From: an uncultured Flavobacteriaceae bacterium
Lineage (GTDB): Bacteria > Bacteroidota > Bacteroidia > Flavobacteriales > Flavobacteriaceae
DNA: 64,000 bases
Assembly: GCA_937944485.1 (NCBI GenBank)
Contig: CALDYU010000011.1
Location: 597-64,596 of the forward strand
Direction: 5' to 3'
Position numbers and translations under genes: made by a program. Shown in pieces: positions 25,032 through 34,107 of this stretch (its first letter is position 1; every line of letters starts with the position of its first letter). The notes beneath the pieces were generated by a model. The model searched no databases. It worked only from the letters and a program-made list of their open reading frames with translations, and was not told the origin of the DNA.

Positions 25032-27896
25032 TTACAACTCCATTATATAATCTGTAAGGCTATTTTCATGAGGTAAATTGATCTTTTTTCTCAAACGATA
25101 ACGCTTAACCTCAACACTTCGAACAGAAATATTCAATAAGGGTGCAATTTCTTTAGAAGATAAGTTCAATCGTAAATAGGCACACAACCTTAAATCATTG
25201 GCCGTTAATTCAGGATGGACACTTTTTATTTTTCGCAAGAAATCTTTATCCGCATTATTAAAAGCATCTTCAAAGAATTTCCAGTCGTCATCATTATTAA
25301 TATTTCTATCAATGGTACGTATCACTGCCTTAATTTGAGGACTATCATTACTTGTTTTAAGTTGTTCTTTAATCGCATTTAAAAATTCATTCTTTTTAAT
25401 AATGCTCATAGTCGATATTGCCAACTCTCTACTTTTACTTGCAACTTCTTCTTGTAGCTTCTCATTTTTAATTTGCACTATCTTCTTTTGAGCCTTTAAT
25501 TTTTTACGTTTTAAGTTCTTTTTATTTTCGCGCAAAAGTTGTTCGCGCTGTCTTGAATAATAATTCTTATATAGTTTATGAATTAACAACGCCAACAAGG
25601 TTAAACTCAATACATAGATGAATATAGCCAAGTTGGAGAGATACCAAGGTCTTTCAATTCTAAACTGATATGACATGGTATTTATGGTTCTAACATTACC
25701 AACCATAGCTCTCACATTAAAGGTGTAATTGCCATAGGGCAAATTATCAAAGGATACATATGAAGTGTTCGTCCACCCACTCCAGTCATTATATATACCC
25801 TTTAACTGATACGAATAAACCACCTCAGTATACTTGTCATATTCTGGAACATGGTAGGAAAAGAAAAGGTTATTTTCTTCAAATTTCAAGAGAGCACTAT
25901 CCGCTAAAGGAATATTTTTTAGTTCCGTGTCATAAGATTTAAGGGCTACTGTATTCAATTGAATCGTATATTCCTTTTTATCGAGCTTATTTAAGTCAAC
26001 TCTCAAATAGCCATTTGAAATGCCTATTAAATAGTTGTCATTGTTCATCGCTGTTAAACTTTCAAAGCCCAAGACTCCTAAGTTTTTGCGAACCTGTGAC
26101 GGAATTGAAATACGATTTACTTTAGGTTCATTATTAAATGTACTAGGCGTAGCATAGGCTATATCATCACTCGTAAAACACCATAGCCTTTTTGACGTCC
26201 GGTCTGAATTAAAAATACCAATCGGATCGTCATCGCCAGCATAAAAAAACTTCGTGAGTACGCTATCAATAGCAAAAGCTTCCGTTGATTGATCGTAGGC
26301 ATAAATACCCGAGTCACAAGTATATAAAATTTTGTCGAGGTACTTCACTAGGCTCGCGCCAACGCCCTTAGGAGCCTCATTTTTTACTTCTTTTACGGTT
26401 GTATAATCTGCATTCAAATTAAGTGTAAAAACTCCTTTAAATTCATGATTGACCAACAATCGAGAAGCATCAACAAACTCGTAAAACCTGCTAGAAATAT
26501 CGAATCCTGATATTTCATTGCGCAATTGCCATTGATCATCATTTTTCTTAAGTACACTGAGTCCATTAAAATTGCCTTGCAACAAAAGGTCTTTGCGGTT
26601 TGGAATTGGTTTTATATTCCAGGTTCCTGGAAATTCTGAAATGAGTCTAGCTGTCGTAGAATTAACAACATAAGTGCCATTATTATGACCGCAAAATAAG
26701 GTGTTATCATGTACTTTTAACACCCATACTTGACCTTCGGTGCCAGCCATTAACTTAAAGTTATCATCCGAACGTGTCTCTTTATAAAAAAGACCTTGAT
26801 TCGTACCTAAGTACAAATAGTCTTCGAACAATGCCGAAGCGTATACAACGCCGATCTTTCCGTTTTTATCAATATATTCTTTAAATGGAGCGTATAAATT
26901 GACTACACTTAAGCCATTATCCATGGCCAACCATAAGTTATGGGCTTTATCTTCAAAAATGGACAGTACCGTATTATTGTTAAGCCCTCGTTCTTGATTA
27001 ATTTCTTGTAGCATTTCACCATCAACACCAATATGCAAAATACCGTTAGAGATTGTACCCAGAACAATACTACCATCTGCGAGCTGTAAGCTGCTGTATA
27101 CATTTACAGCATTCAATGCTTCATCAGAAGTTATTTTCCAAGCCCGAAGACCATCGTTTTCAATAAAATAAAAGGCACCGTTTTCAGTAACCAATAAGGT
27201 TTTGTTTTGCAATTCAAACATTCCAGAAACCACATTTTGTTGCACTATAGCGTCGTCAGACACCAAAAAAGACCTTCCCTTATCTATTTTAAAAAGACCT
27301 TTACCGATTCGATGAAAATAGATCGTTCCATTTACATTAAACATGTGAGCCTTGGTCGATTTTGAATCTATCACATTAACCGACTGATCTATTGTATTGT
27401 ATATATATATGCGCTCTAAACTCTGAAATAGTACCCATTCATCTAAATCAAGAATATTCCAAAATTCTTCGTCTTCAAGCAAAGGAATTTCTACAGATTG
27501 ACTTATAGAAGAATATACGAGAATACCGCTCTCATTTTTTTTCCAAAATCCAAATTCCATGTAGCAGCCGGTGTAGACTAAATCATTTAAAGCTCTTACA
27601 GAGCGTATAGCCGAACCGTTTGGAGACCCGTATAAATTCCAATGAGCTCCATTAAATGCCAATAAACCACCATTATTAGCAACATAAATGTCTTTTTGTT
27701 TGGATTGTGAGATACCCCAGTTTTGATTTTGGGCTCCGTAGTCTATTGGTGTAAAATTCTCAATAGGAGGCCTTTCTTGCCCTTGAGCAGCAAGGATGAA
27801 GAAAAATAAAAAAACAGCTTTAAAATTCAAAAAGTGTATTTTGTGAAAAGCAGTATCGAACTTAAAAAGGCAGTAAAAACTAAACAATCTCAGCAC
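25032..27896 (-). CDS. Transmembrane one-component regulator: periplasmic beta-propeller/Y_Y_Y-type sensor region, TM helix, coiled coil, LuxR-type HTH
   Basis: 954 aa with an N-terminal signal/anchor and a single internal TM segment (LAIFIYVLSLTLLALLI). The C-terminal LuxR HTH reads LTANDLRLCAYLRLNLSSKEIAPLLNISVRSVEVKRYRLRKK. The start at 27896 is a GTG that overlaps the clpS 3' end, so the exact start is uncertain. Confidence 0.8.
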   Translation of the reverse strand: MLRLFSFYCLFKFDTAFHKIHFLNFKAVFLFFFILAAQGQERPPIENFTPIDYGAQNQNWGISQSKQKDIYVANNGGLLAFNGAHWNLYGSPNGSAIRSVRALNDLVYTGCYMEFGFWKKNESGILVYSSISQSVEIPLLEDEEFWNILDLDEWVLFQSLERIYIYNTIDQSVNVIDSKSTKAHMFNVNGTIYFHRIGKGLFKIDKGRSFLVSDDAIVQQNVVSGMFELQNKTLLVTENGAFYFIENDGLRAWKITSDEALNAVNVYSSLQLADGSIVLGTISNGILHIGVDGEMLQEINQERGLNNNTVLSIFEDKAHNLWLAMDNGLSVVNLYAPFKEYIDKNGKIGVVYASALFEDYLYLGTNQGLFYKETRSDDNFKLMAGTEGQVWVLKVHDNTLFCGHNNGTYVVNSTTARLISEFPGTWNIKPIPNRKDLLLQGNFNGLSVLKKNDDQWQLRNEISGFDISSRFYEFVDASRLLVNHEFKGVFTLNLNADYTTVKEVKNEAPKGVGASLVKYLDKILYTCDSGIYAYDQSTEAFAIDSVLTKFFYAGDDDPIGIFNSDRTSKRLWCFTSDDIAYATPSTFNNEPKVNRISIPSQVRKNLGVLGFESLTAMNNDNYLIGISNGYLRVDLNKLDKKEYTIQLNTVALKSYDTELKNIPLADSALLKFEENNLFFSYHVPEYDKYTEVVYSYQLKGIYNDWSGWTNTSYVSFDNLPYGNYTFNVRAMVGNVRTINTMSYQFRIERPWYLSNLAIFIYVLSLTLLALLIHKLYKNYYSRQREQLLRENKKNLKRKKLKAQKKIVQIKNEKLQEEVASKSRELAISTMSIIKKNEFLNAIKEQLKTSNDSPQIKAVIRTIDRNINNDDDWKFFEDAFNNADKDFLRKIKSVHPELTANDLRLCAYLRLNLSSKEIAPLLNISVRSVEVKRYRLRKKINLPHENSLTDYIMEL

Positions 27897-28155
27897 TTAA
27901 CCCAGCCTGCAGTAATTTACTACATCGAGGCTCTAAATCTTTATATGCTCCTGTTTTAACTGTACATTTTCCTTTATGATGAACTATCAAAGCACATTGT
28001 TCAGCTTGTTCGGGCACATGATCACATACATGAATTAAGGTAGCAATAACATGGTCAAATGTATTTACCTCATCGTTAAATAGAACAATTTCATTTAGGT
28101 CTACAGTTTCCTCATCTAGAAGTAATTCTTCTGCTATTTTTTCTTGTGTACTCAT
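27880..28155 (-). CDS. clpS: ATP-dependent Clp protease adaptor ClpS
   Basis: Conserved core VLFNDEVNTFDHVI..L..VC......A...A..VH.KG. I chose the ATG at 28155 (MSTQEK...) over the longer ORF-track start. Confidence 0.85.
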   Translation of the reverse strand: MSTQEKIAEELLLDEETVDLNEIVLFNDEVNTFDHVIATLIHVCDHVPEQAEQCALIVHHKGKCTVKTGAYKDLEPRCSKLLQAGLSAEIV

Positions 28156-28189
28156 GCTACTTTGTGGTTTTACTACGTTGTAACGCTTT

Positions 28190-29026
28190 CTAAAATACGT
28201 ATTTTGCCGCAACCCAATTATTTTTTTCTATTTTTTTTTCAAAATTTAACGCGACATCTTCACATTTGTCAGATATTAATGCCAGGTCTTCAGTATAAAA
28301 ACCGCTTAAAAAAAGCATCCCATTATTAGTAAGACATTTAGCATACTTAGGAATATCGGCCAGAAGTATGTTCCTATTTATATTCGCAATAATCACATCA
28401 TATTTTTGCTTTTCTAAAAGGCTTGAGTCGCCTTCAAAAACATTGATATGCTTACAGTTATTTCTAATTATATTTTCTTGAGCATTCAAATAACACCAAT
28501 GATCAATATCAATTGCATCAATGCTACGAGCCCCTTTCATAGCGGCTAAAATCGCTAGCACCCCAGTACCACTACCCATATCAAGTACAGATTTATCTTC
28601 AAAATCATGATCTAAAATATGCTGTAACATCATATGGGTAGTTTCATGATGACCAGTACCAAAACTCATTTTTGGTTCGATTACAATATCATATAGAGCC
28701 GTAGATTTTTGATGAAAAGGAGCTCTAACATAACATTTTTGATCGATTTGAATGGGCTCAAAATTTTGCTCCCAAGTAGCATTCCAATTTTCTTGCTCAA
28801 TTTCTTCTGCCTGAAAAGCAATTTTGAAACTATCGTTCTTAAGAATAACTATTTCATCGAGTATATGCTCAGACCAATCTTTTTTTTGGATATAAGCCAA
28901 TACCCCATCTTCATGCTCTACAAAACTTTCAAAACCAGCCTCACCCAATTCTGCCATCAAGATATCTGACGCAGGTTGCAAGGGATCGATTGTAAAAGTA
29001 TACTGAATATAGGTATTGTTCGGCAT
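28190..29026 (-). CDS. prmA: Ribosomal protein L11 methyltransferase
   Basis: Motifs FGTGHHETT and LDMGSGTGVLAI (SAM binding). I prefer the ATG at 29026 to the TTG at 29074. Confidence 0.85.
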   Translation of the reverse strand: MPNNTYIQYTFTIDPLQPASDILMAELGEAGFESFVEHEDGVLAYIQKKDWSEHILDEIVILKNDSFKIAFQAEEIEQENWNATWEQNFEPIQIDQKCYVRAPFHQKSTALYDIVIEPKMSFGTGHHETTHMMLQHILDHDFEDKSVLDMGSGTGVLAILAAMKGARSIDAIDIDHWCYLNAQENIIRNNCKHINVFEGDSSLLEKQKYDVIIANINRNILLADIPKYAKCLTNNGMLFLSGFYTEDLALISDKCEDVALNFEKKIEKNNWVAAKYVF

Positions 29027-29093
29027 GGAAGCAGTATTGGCCTGAGTAAGCGAATCAAGACTAAACGCAAGCAAATAGAAATAGCACTTAAAC

Positions 29094-29843
29094 TTATATG
29101 GCTTTAATAATTGCTACAAAATCATCTGCATTTAAAGAAGCACCACCTATCAATCCACCATCAACATCAGGTTTTGAGAAAATTTCTTCAGCATTCGCCG
29201 GCTTGACACTACCACCATAGAGTATGGAAACATTATTTGCGATTCCTACATCATAAACATCACCTATTGTCTTTCTTATAAAAGCATGCATTTCCTGTGC
29301 TTGCTCAGGCGAAGCTGTTTCACCTGTGCCGATAGCCCATACTGGCTCATAAGCTAAAATAATATTACCCCAAGCTTTTGCATCGAGAGAAAATAAAGCG
29401 TTTCTAAGTTGACTTTCAACGATATTAAAATGGTTTCCTGACTTTCGATCTTCCAACTCTTCTCCAAAACAAAACATGACCCTCATGTTTTTTGTCAATG
29501 CAGCGGTTACCTTTTTCGCCAAAACTTCATCAGTTTCTCCAAAATATGCTCTGCGTTCAGAGTGACCTATAATCACAGTATCAACTTTAATATTCAATAA
29601 CATCTCAGCAGAAATTTCACCAGTAAACGCCCCATTATCAGCAAAATGCATATTTTGGGCAATTACTTGAATCGTTGAAGCACCCAGACAACGCACCGCA
29701 TTGGTAAGGTTTACAAAAGTAGGAGCCACCATTACCTCAGCCCCTGTATCTGGCAATTTAGCAGAAAGTTCTGCAAGCAGACTTTCTGTCTCTTGTAAAT
29801 TCTTATTCATTTTCCAATTTCCCGCAACTATTTTACTTCTCAT
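29094..29843 (-). CDS. tpiA: Triose-phosphate isomerase
   Basis: AGNWKMN, IGHSERR, YEPVWAIGTG and GGASL blocks. Confidence 0.95.
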   Translation of the reverse strand: MRSKIVAGNWKMNKNLQETESLLAELSAKLPDTGAEVMVAPTFVNLTNAVRCLGASTIQVIAQNMHFADNGAFTGEISAEMLLNIKVDTVIIGHSERRAYFGETDEVLAKKVTAALTKNMRVMFCFGEELEDRKSGNHFNIVESQLRNALFSLDAKAWGNIILAYEPVWAIGTGETASPEQAQEMHAFIRKTIGDVYDVGIANNVSILYGGSVKPANAEEIFSKPDVDGGLIGGASLNADDFVAIIKAI

Positions 29844-29888
29844 ACTACTATACTAAATTAAAACTATGTTTATTGATTTTATAAAATG

Positions 29889-30989
29889 CTATTCGTCAAA
29901 AGTTAAGGTATCTAAATCATTAAAATGCACTTTTTGTTGAATCGTACCTTTTGCCAAAACCAAAACTCCCGGATTCGACCTTACTATTGTTTTAAGGGTT
30001 GTTTCATCGGTAAAATAGAATTGAAAGTTTAATGAATTTTCCTGGATTAATTGATCCGTTTGCCCTTCATTTGAAGCTGACATTCCTACAACCTTATATC
30101 CTTTTTTAATGGCCCTATCGGTTACTTTTTTGATTTCAGCATAAACCTCTTTATTGGTTTTAAATAAATCATATGCTATTACCATTAGTAATTTAGGCTC
30201 TTGCAATAAAGTTAGTGTAAAATCTTCCCCTTCTTTTTCGATACTAAAATCATGAACTGGTGGCTCATAGCCCTTTTGAATCTCGGTAGTTTCAACACTT
30301 ATAAATGTTCCATCAACCTTTGGGTAATTACCGTTCGTTACTATAACTTCTTCTTTACCATTAACATCAAATTTCCAAGCATATTCAAAGATAGCCTCTG
30401 GAGCGCCTTCTGGCACATTCATACCATCTTCAATATTCTTTCCTATTTCATAGGGTCTGAAATCAATGACAGGCAAGTGATTTAGAACGTAATACACATA
30501 AAAACTTGATAACACTACGGTGAAGAAGACGATCAATCGATTCACTTTTTTACTAAAAAAAGGCTTGATATATCGCTTTCCTAAAAAAAGAAAAACAATA
30601 AGAACCAGTAAAATAACATCTTTTAAGAATGATTGAAATGTGGTCAATTTAATAGCATCGCCAAAGCAACCACAATCAGTAACCTTATTATAATGCCACG
30701 AATAAAATGTTAGAAAAGTAAAGCCGATAATCATAATTAAGAGGCTCCAAACGGTGAACTTTACTCGTACTCCTATAATCAACAATACTCCTACTAAAAC
30801 TTCAAAAATGACAATGAGAATCGAAATTTTCAGAGCATGCGGTTCAAAAAAAGGCAAATCTAAGACACTTGCGCTAAAATATTCTTCTAGTTTAAAAGAA
30901 AAGCCAACAGGATCGTTTAATTTAATAAATCCGCTTATTATAAAAAGAATACCAACAAAAATTCTACTAATACCAACGATATATTTCAT
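29889..30989 (-). CDS. DoxX-type membrane protein with C-terminal soluble domain (BT_3928-like family)
   Basis: N-terminal polytopic region with a DCGCFGD motif, followed by a ~190-aa soluble C-terminal domain. The family name is from memory. Confidence 0.65.
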   Translation of the reverse strand: MKYIVGISRIFVGILFIISGFIKLNDPVGFSFKLEEYFSASVLDLPFFEPHALKISILIVIFEVLVGVLLIIGVRVKFTVWSLLIMIIGFTFLTFYSWHYNKVTDCGCFGDAIKLTTFQSFLKDVILLVLIVFLFLGKRYIKPFFSKKVNRLIVFFTVVLSSFYVYYVLNHLPVIDFRPYEIGKNIEDGMNVPEGAPEAIFEYAWKFDVNGKEEVIVTNGNYPKVDGTFISVETTEIQKGYEPPVHDFSIEKEGEDFTLTLLQEPKLLMVIAYDLFKTNKEVYAEIKKVTDRAIKKGYKVVGMSASNEGQTDQLIQENSLNFQFYFTDETTLKTIVRSNPGVLVLAKGTIQQKVHFNDLDTLTFDE

Positions 30990-30990
30990 A

Positions 30991-31539
30991 CTAGTTTTTA
31001 GTGCTTTCGTTCAAATGAATCATTGCAAAAACAGCATAATTAATCATATCTTGATAATTTGCATCGATGCCTTCACTTACCAAGGTCTTTCCCTTATTAT
31101 CTTCTATTTGCTTGACCCGCAATAATTTTTGCAATATTAAATCGGTAAGAGAGCTTACCCTCATATCACGCCATGCTTCACCATAATCGTGATTTTTATT
31201 TTCCATCAGACCTTTGGTTATTTCGACATGTTTATCGTACAAATCAATGGCTTTATCAGGGTCAAGATCCGGTTGTTCGGCAACTCCCAACTCCAACTGA
31301 ATCAATGCCATAATAGCGTAATTAATGATACCAATAAACTCTGAATTTTGTCCTTCATCTACTTTACGCACCTCATTCTGTTGCAACCCTCGAATACGTT
31401 GTGCCTTTATAAAAATCTGATCAGTAAGAGATGGCAACCGTAATATTCGCCATGCAGCACCGTAGTCTGTCATTTTTTTAAGAAAGAGATTACGACACAC
31501 TGTAATTACATCATCGTATTGCCCAGAAGTAAGCTGCAT
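30991..31539 (-). CDS. DUF1599-like all-helical protein with internal duplication
   Basis: Two copies of the DYG(A/E)AWR....(L/V)(P/S)SLTD.I..K..R......EG.......INYA..A.I.L block. It is divergent from folP, as in other Flavobacteriia (recollection). Confidence 0.7.
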   Translation of the reverse strand: MQLTSGQYDDVITVCRNLFLKKMTDYGAAWRILRLPSLTDQIFIKAQRIRGLQQNEVRKVDEGQNSEFIGIINYAIMALIQLELGVAEQPDLDPDKAIDLYDKHVEITKGLMENKNHDYGEAWRDMRVSSLTDLILQKLLRVKQIEDNKGKTLVSEGIDANYQDMINYAVFAMIHLNESTKN

Positions 31540-31645
31540 ATTTATCTGTCTATTTTGCGTAAATTTCGTCTAAATATATGTGAATGTCAAAGTTCATAAG
31601 AAATAGTTGTACTACATCAATTCTAAATAATAATTAAACAGCCGC

Positions 31646-32467
31646 ATGACGATTAACTGCAAAGGGGAATTAGTTGATTTAAGATCGCCGAAGGTAATGG
31701 GTATTCTCAACATCACGCCCGATTCTTTTTATGATGGCGGAAAGTATAAAAATGAGAATGATATTTTGGAACAGGTGGCCAGAATGCTCAAGGAAGGAGC
31801 TACTTTTATAGATGTAGGGGCCTATAGTTCGCGGCCTGGAGCTTCACCAATTTCAGAACAACAAGAAGTAGATCGAATACTACCTATAATTAAATTATTA
31901 GTTCATGAATTTCCTGATATTTTACTTTCCATTGACACTTTCAGAGGAGCTGTTGCAGCGCAATGTTTACACGAAGGAGCCGCTATAATTAATGATATTT
32001 CAGCAGGCATGCTCGATGATAAAATGCTAGCCATAATTGCGCAATACAAAGTTCCTTATATCATGATGCATATGAGAGGCAATCCTGAAAATATGCAGCA
32101 ACAAACTTCATATAGTGATATTGTTAGCGACTTGCTTTTATATTTTTCTGAACGTGTAGCTAAAGCACGTTCTTTGGGTGTTCATGATCTTATTATAGAC
32201 CCAGGTTTCGGATTTGCTAAAACACTAGATCAAAATTATGAGGTGCTTAAAAAATTAAATCTATTCCAAAACATAGACTTACCCATTCTTGCAGGTCTCA
32301 GTAGAAAATCAATGATTTATAAAACGCTAGCAATTGAGGCCGATGAAGCTCTTAATGGTACGACGGCCTTACATATGATCGCTTTACAGCAAGGCGCAAA
32401 AATACTTCGTGCCCATGATGTTAAAGAAGCTCTGGAGTGCACAAAGCTTATTCAAAAATTAATGTAG
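31646..32467 (+). CDS. folP: Dihydropteroate synthase
   Basis: GILNITPDSFYDGG, DVGAYSSRPG, INDISAG and DPGFGFAK blocks. Confidence 0.95.
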   Translation: MTINCKGELVDLRSPKVMGILNITPDSFYDGGKYKNENDILEQVARMLKEGATFIDVGAYSSRPGASPISEQQEVDRILPIIKLLVHEFPDILLSIDTFRGAVAAQCLHEGAAIINDISAGMLDDKMLAIIAQYKVPYIMMHMRGNPENMQQQTSYSDIVSDLLLYFSERVAKARSLGVHDLIIDPGFGFAKTLDQNYEVLKKLNLFQNIDLPILAGLSRKSMIYKTLAIEADEALNGTTALHMIALQQGAKILRAHDVKEALECTKLIQKLM

Positions 32468-32524
32468 ACCAGCCTATACATTTGGTTCATCAATTTTTGC
32501 TAATTTTACCAAAACAGCACCACC

Positions 32525-33310
32525 TTGGATTTTTTCAATATTATCGATCTTAAGATTACCGACTTCATCGATATTATATTAGTAGCAATTTTATTGTACT
32601 ACGTTTATAAACTTGTTAAAGGTTCAGTTGCCATTAACATTTTTATAGGAATTGTCATAGTATGGGGGTTTTGGAAACTTACCGCACTTCTTGGAATGGA
32701 TATGATAAGTAGTCTTGTGGGTCCTTTTCTTGAAATTGGACTAATAGCTCTCGTCGTGGTTTTTCAACAAGAAATACGCAAATTTTTGTTGATGATAGGT
32801 TCGACAAATTTTGCTAATAAACGCAACTTCGCTAAATACTTTAAATTTCTCCGTCAAGAAAATCTATCCCCTAGCATCAATATTAATGCTGTTTTAGAGG
32901 CTTCCGAAAATATGGCCAATACCTTAACAGGTGCGCTTTTTGTTATCGAACGTGAACATTCATTAGATTTTATAAAATCGTCTGGTGATAAAATGCATAT
33001 AGAAATTACGAAGCCTATTATTGAAAGTATTTTTTATAAAAACAGTCCGCTTCATGACGGTGCCGTAGTTATTGTCAATAACTATATTGTGGCTACTCGT
33101 GTTATTTTGCCAGTAAGTAATGAACGTAGCATACCGCTGCATTATGGTTTACGTCATCGAGCAGCTGTAGGTATTACCGAAAAAACAGATGCCTTAGCTA
33201 TTGTAGTCAGTGAAGAAACAGGAATTATTTCTTATATCAAGAATGGCTTGTTCGTTCCTTTTAAAGACCTTAAAGAACTTTCAGAATTGCTTCAAGAAGC
33301 TTTACTTTAA
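32525..33310 (+). CDS. cdaA: Diadenylate cyclase (c-di-AMP synthase), membrane-anchored CdaA type
   Basis: Three N-terminal TM segments followed by a DAC domain with the motifs GALFVIE, LHDGAVVI, GLRHRAAVG and VVSEETG. TTG start. Confidence 0.9.
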   Translation: MDFFNIIDLKITDFIDIILVAILLYYVYKLVKGSVAINIFIGIVIVWGFWKLTALLGMDMISSLVGPFLEIGLIALVVVFQQEIRKFLLMIGSTNFANKRNFAKYFKFLRQENLSPSININAVLEASENMANTLTGALFVIEREHSLDFIKSSGDKMHIEITKPIIESIFYKNSPLHDGAVVIVNNYIVATRVILPVSNERSIPLHYGLRHRAAVGITEKTDALAIVVSEETGIISYIKNGLFVPFKDLKELSELLQEALL

Positions 33311-33319
33311 TTATCGCTT

Positions 33320-34105
33320 ATGGAATGTAAAAATTGCCAACAGCCGCTTCGAATCGATTACAGCTTTTGTGCTAATTGTGGAGCTCGAATAATACAAAAC
33401 AGGTTAACATTTAAAAACCTTTGGCACGATGTTACGGAGCGCTATTTTAATATGGATAACACGTTCTTTAAGACTTTATGGCATTTAATTATCAAACCAG
33501 AATTGGTTATAAGTGGTTATATAGATGGGGTACGTAAAAAGTACTTGAACCCGATTAACTTTATGGCTATTGCATTAACGTTATCAGGTATTACTATGTT
33601 TTTAATGCGTAAAGTTTTTAAAGGCGGAGTCGATTTATCTGGTGTACTCGGCAGTGATAATTTGAATAATGAAGTGGGTAATAAAATAATGTCTACAACT
33701 TTTGATTACAGCTCTTTTATTTTCATACTTTATATACCAGTTTTTGCATTTGCAGGTTGGGCAGCTTTTAATAAAAGGGATTACAATTTTTCGGAGCAAT
33801 TCGTTACCGCAGCTTATAGCCTAGCAGCATACAGCATTATTTCTTTTCCGATTAGTATTCTTTTTCTATTGATTGCTCCTGAAAGTTATTTTTCGTTATC
33901 CATGCCCATACTTTTCCTTATGTTATTTTATGCGCTGTATGTAGCTAACAGGCTTCATTATTTTAAGTTCTTAAATCGTATTTCAAGATCGTTACTTTAT
34001 ATTTTTCTATGGGTAATTGGTTACTTTGGTGTGATCATTTTTTTTTATATCATTCTCTTTGCTACTGGTGAAATTTCACTTCAAGACTTTGCACCTAGTA
34101 AATGA
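33320..34105 (+). CDS. DUF3667-like membrane protein with N-terminal zinc ribbon
   Basis: CKNCQ...CANCG zinc-ribbon pattern followed by several TM segments. Its start is 9 nt after the cdaA stop. Confidence 0.7.
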   Translation: MECKNCQQPLRIDYSFCANCGARIIQNRLTFKNLWHDVTERYFNMDNTFFKTLWHLIIKPELVISGYIDGVRKKYLNPINFMAIALTLSGITMFLMRKVFKGGVDLSGVLGSDNLNNEVGNKIMSTTFDYSSFIFILYIPVFAFAGWAAFNKRDYNFSEQFVTAAYSLAAYSIISFPISILFLLIAPESYFSLSMPILFLMLFYALYVANRLHYFKFLNRISRSLLYIFLWVIGYFGVIIFFYIILFATGEISLQDFAPSK

Positions 34106-34107
34106 CA

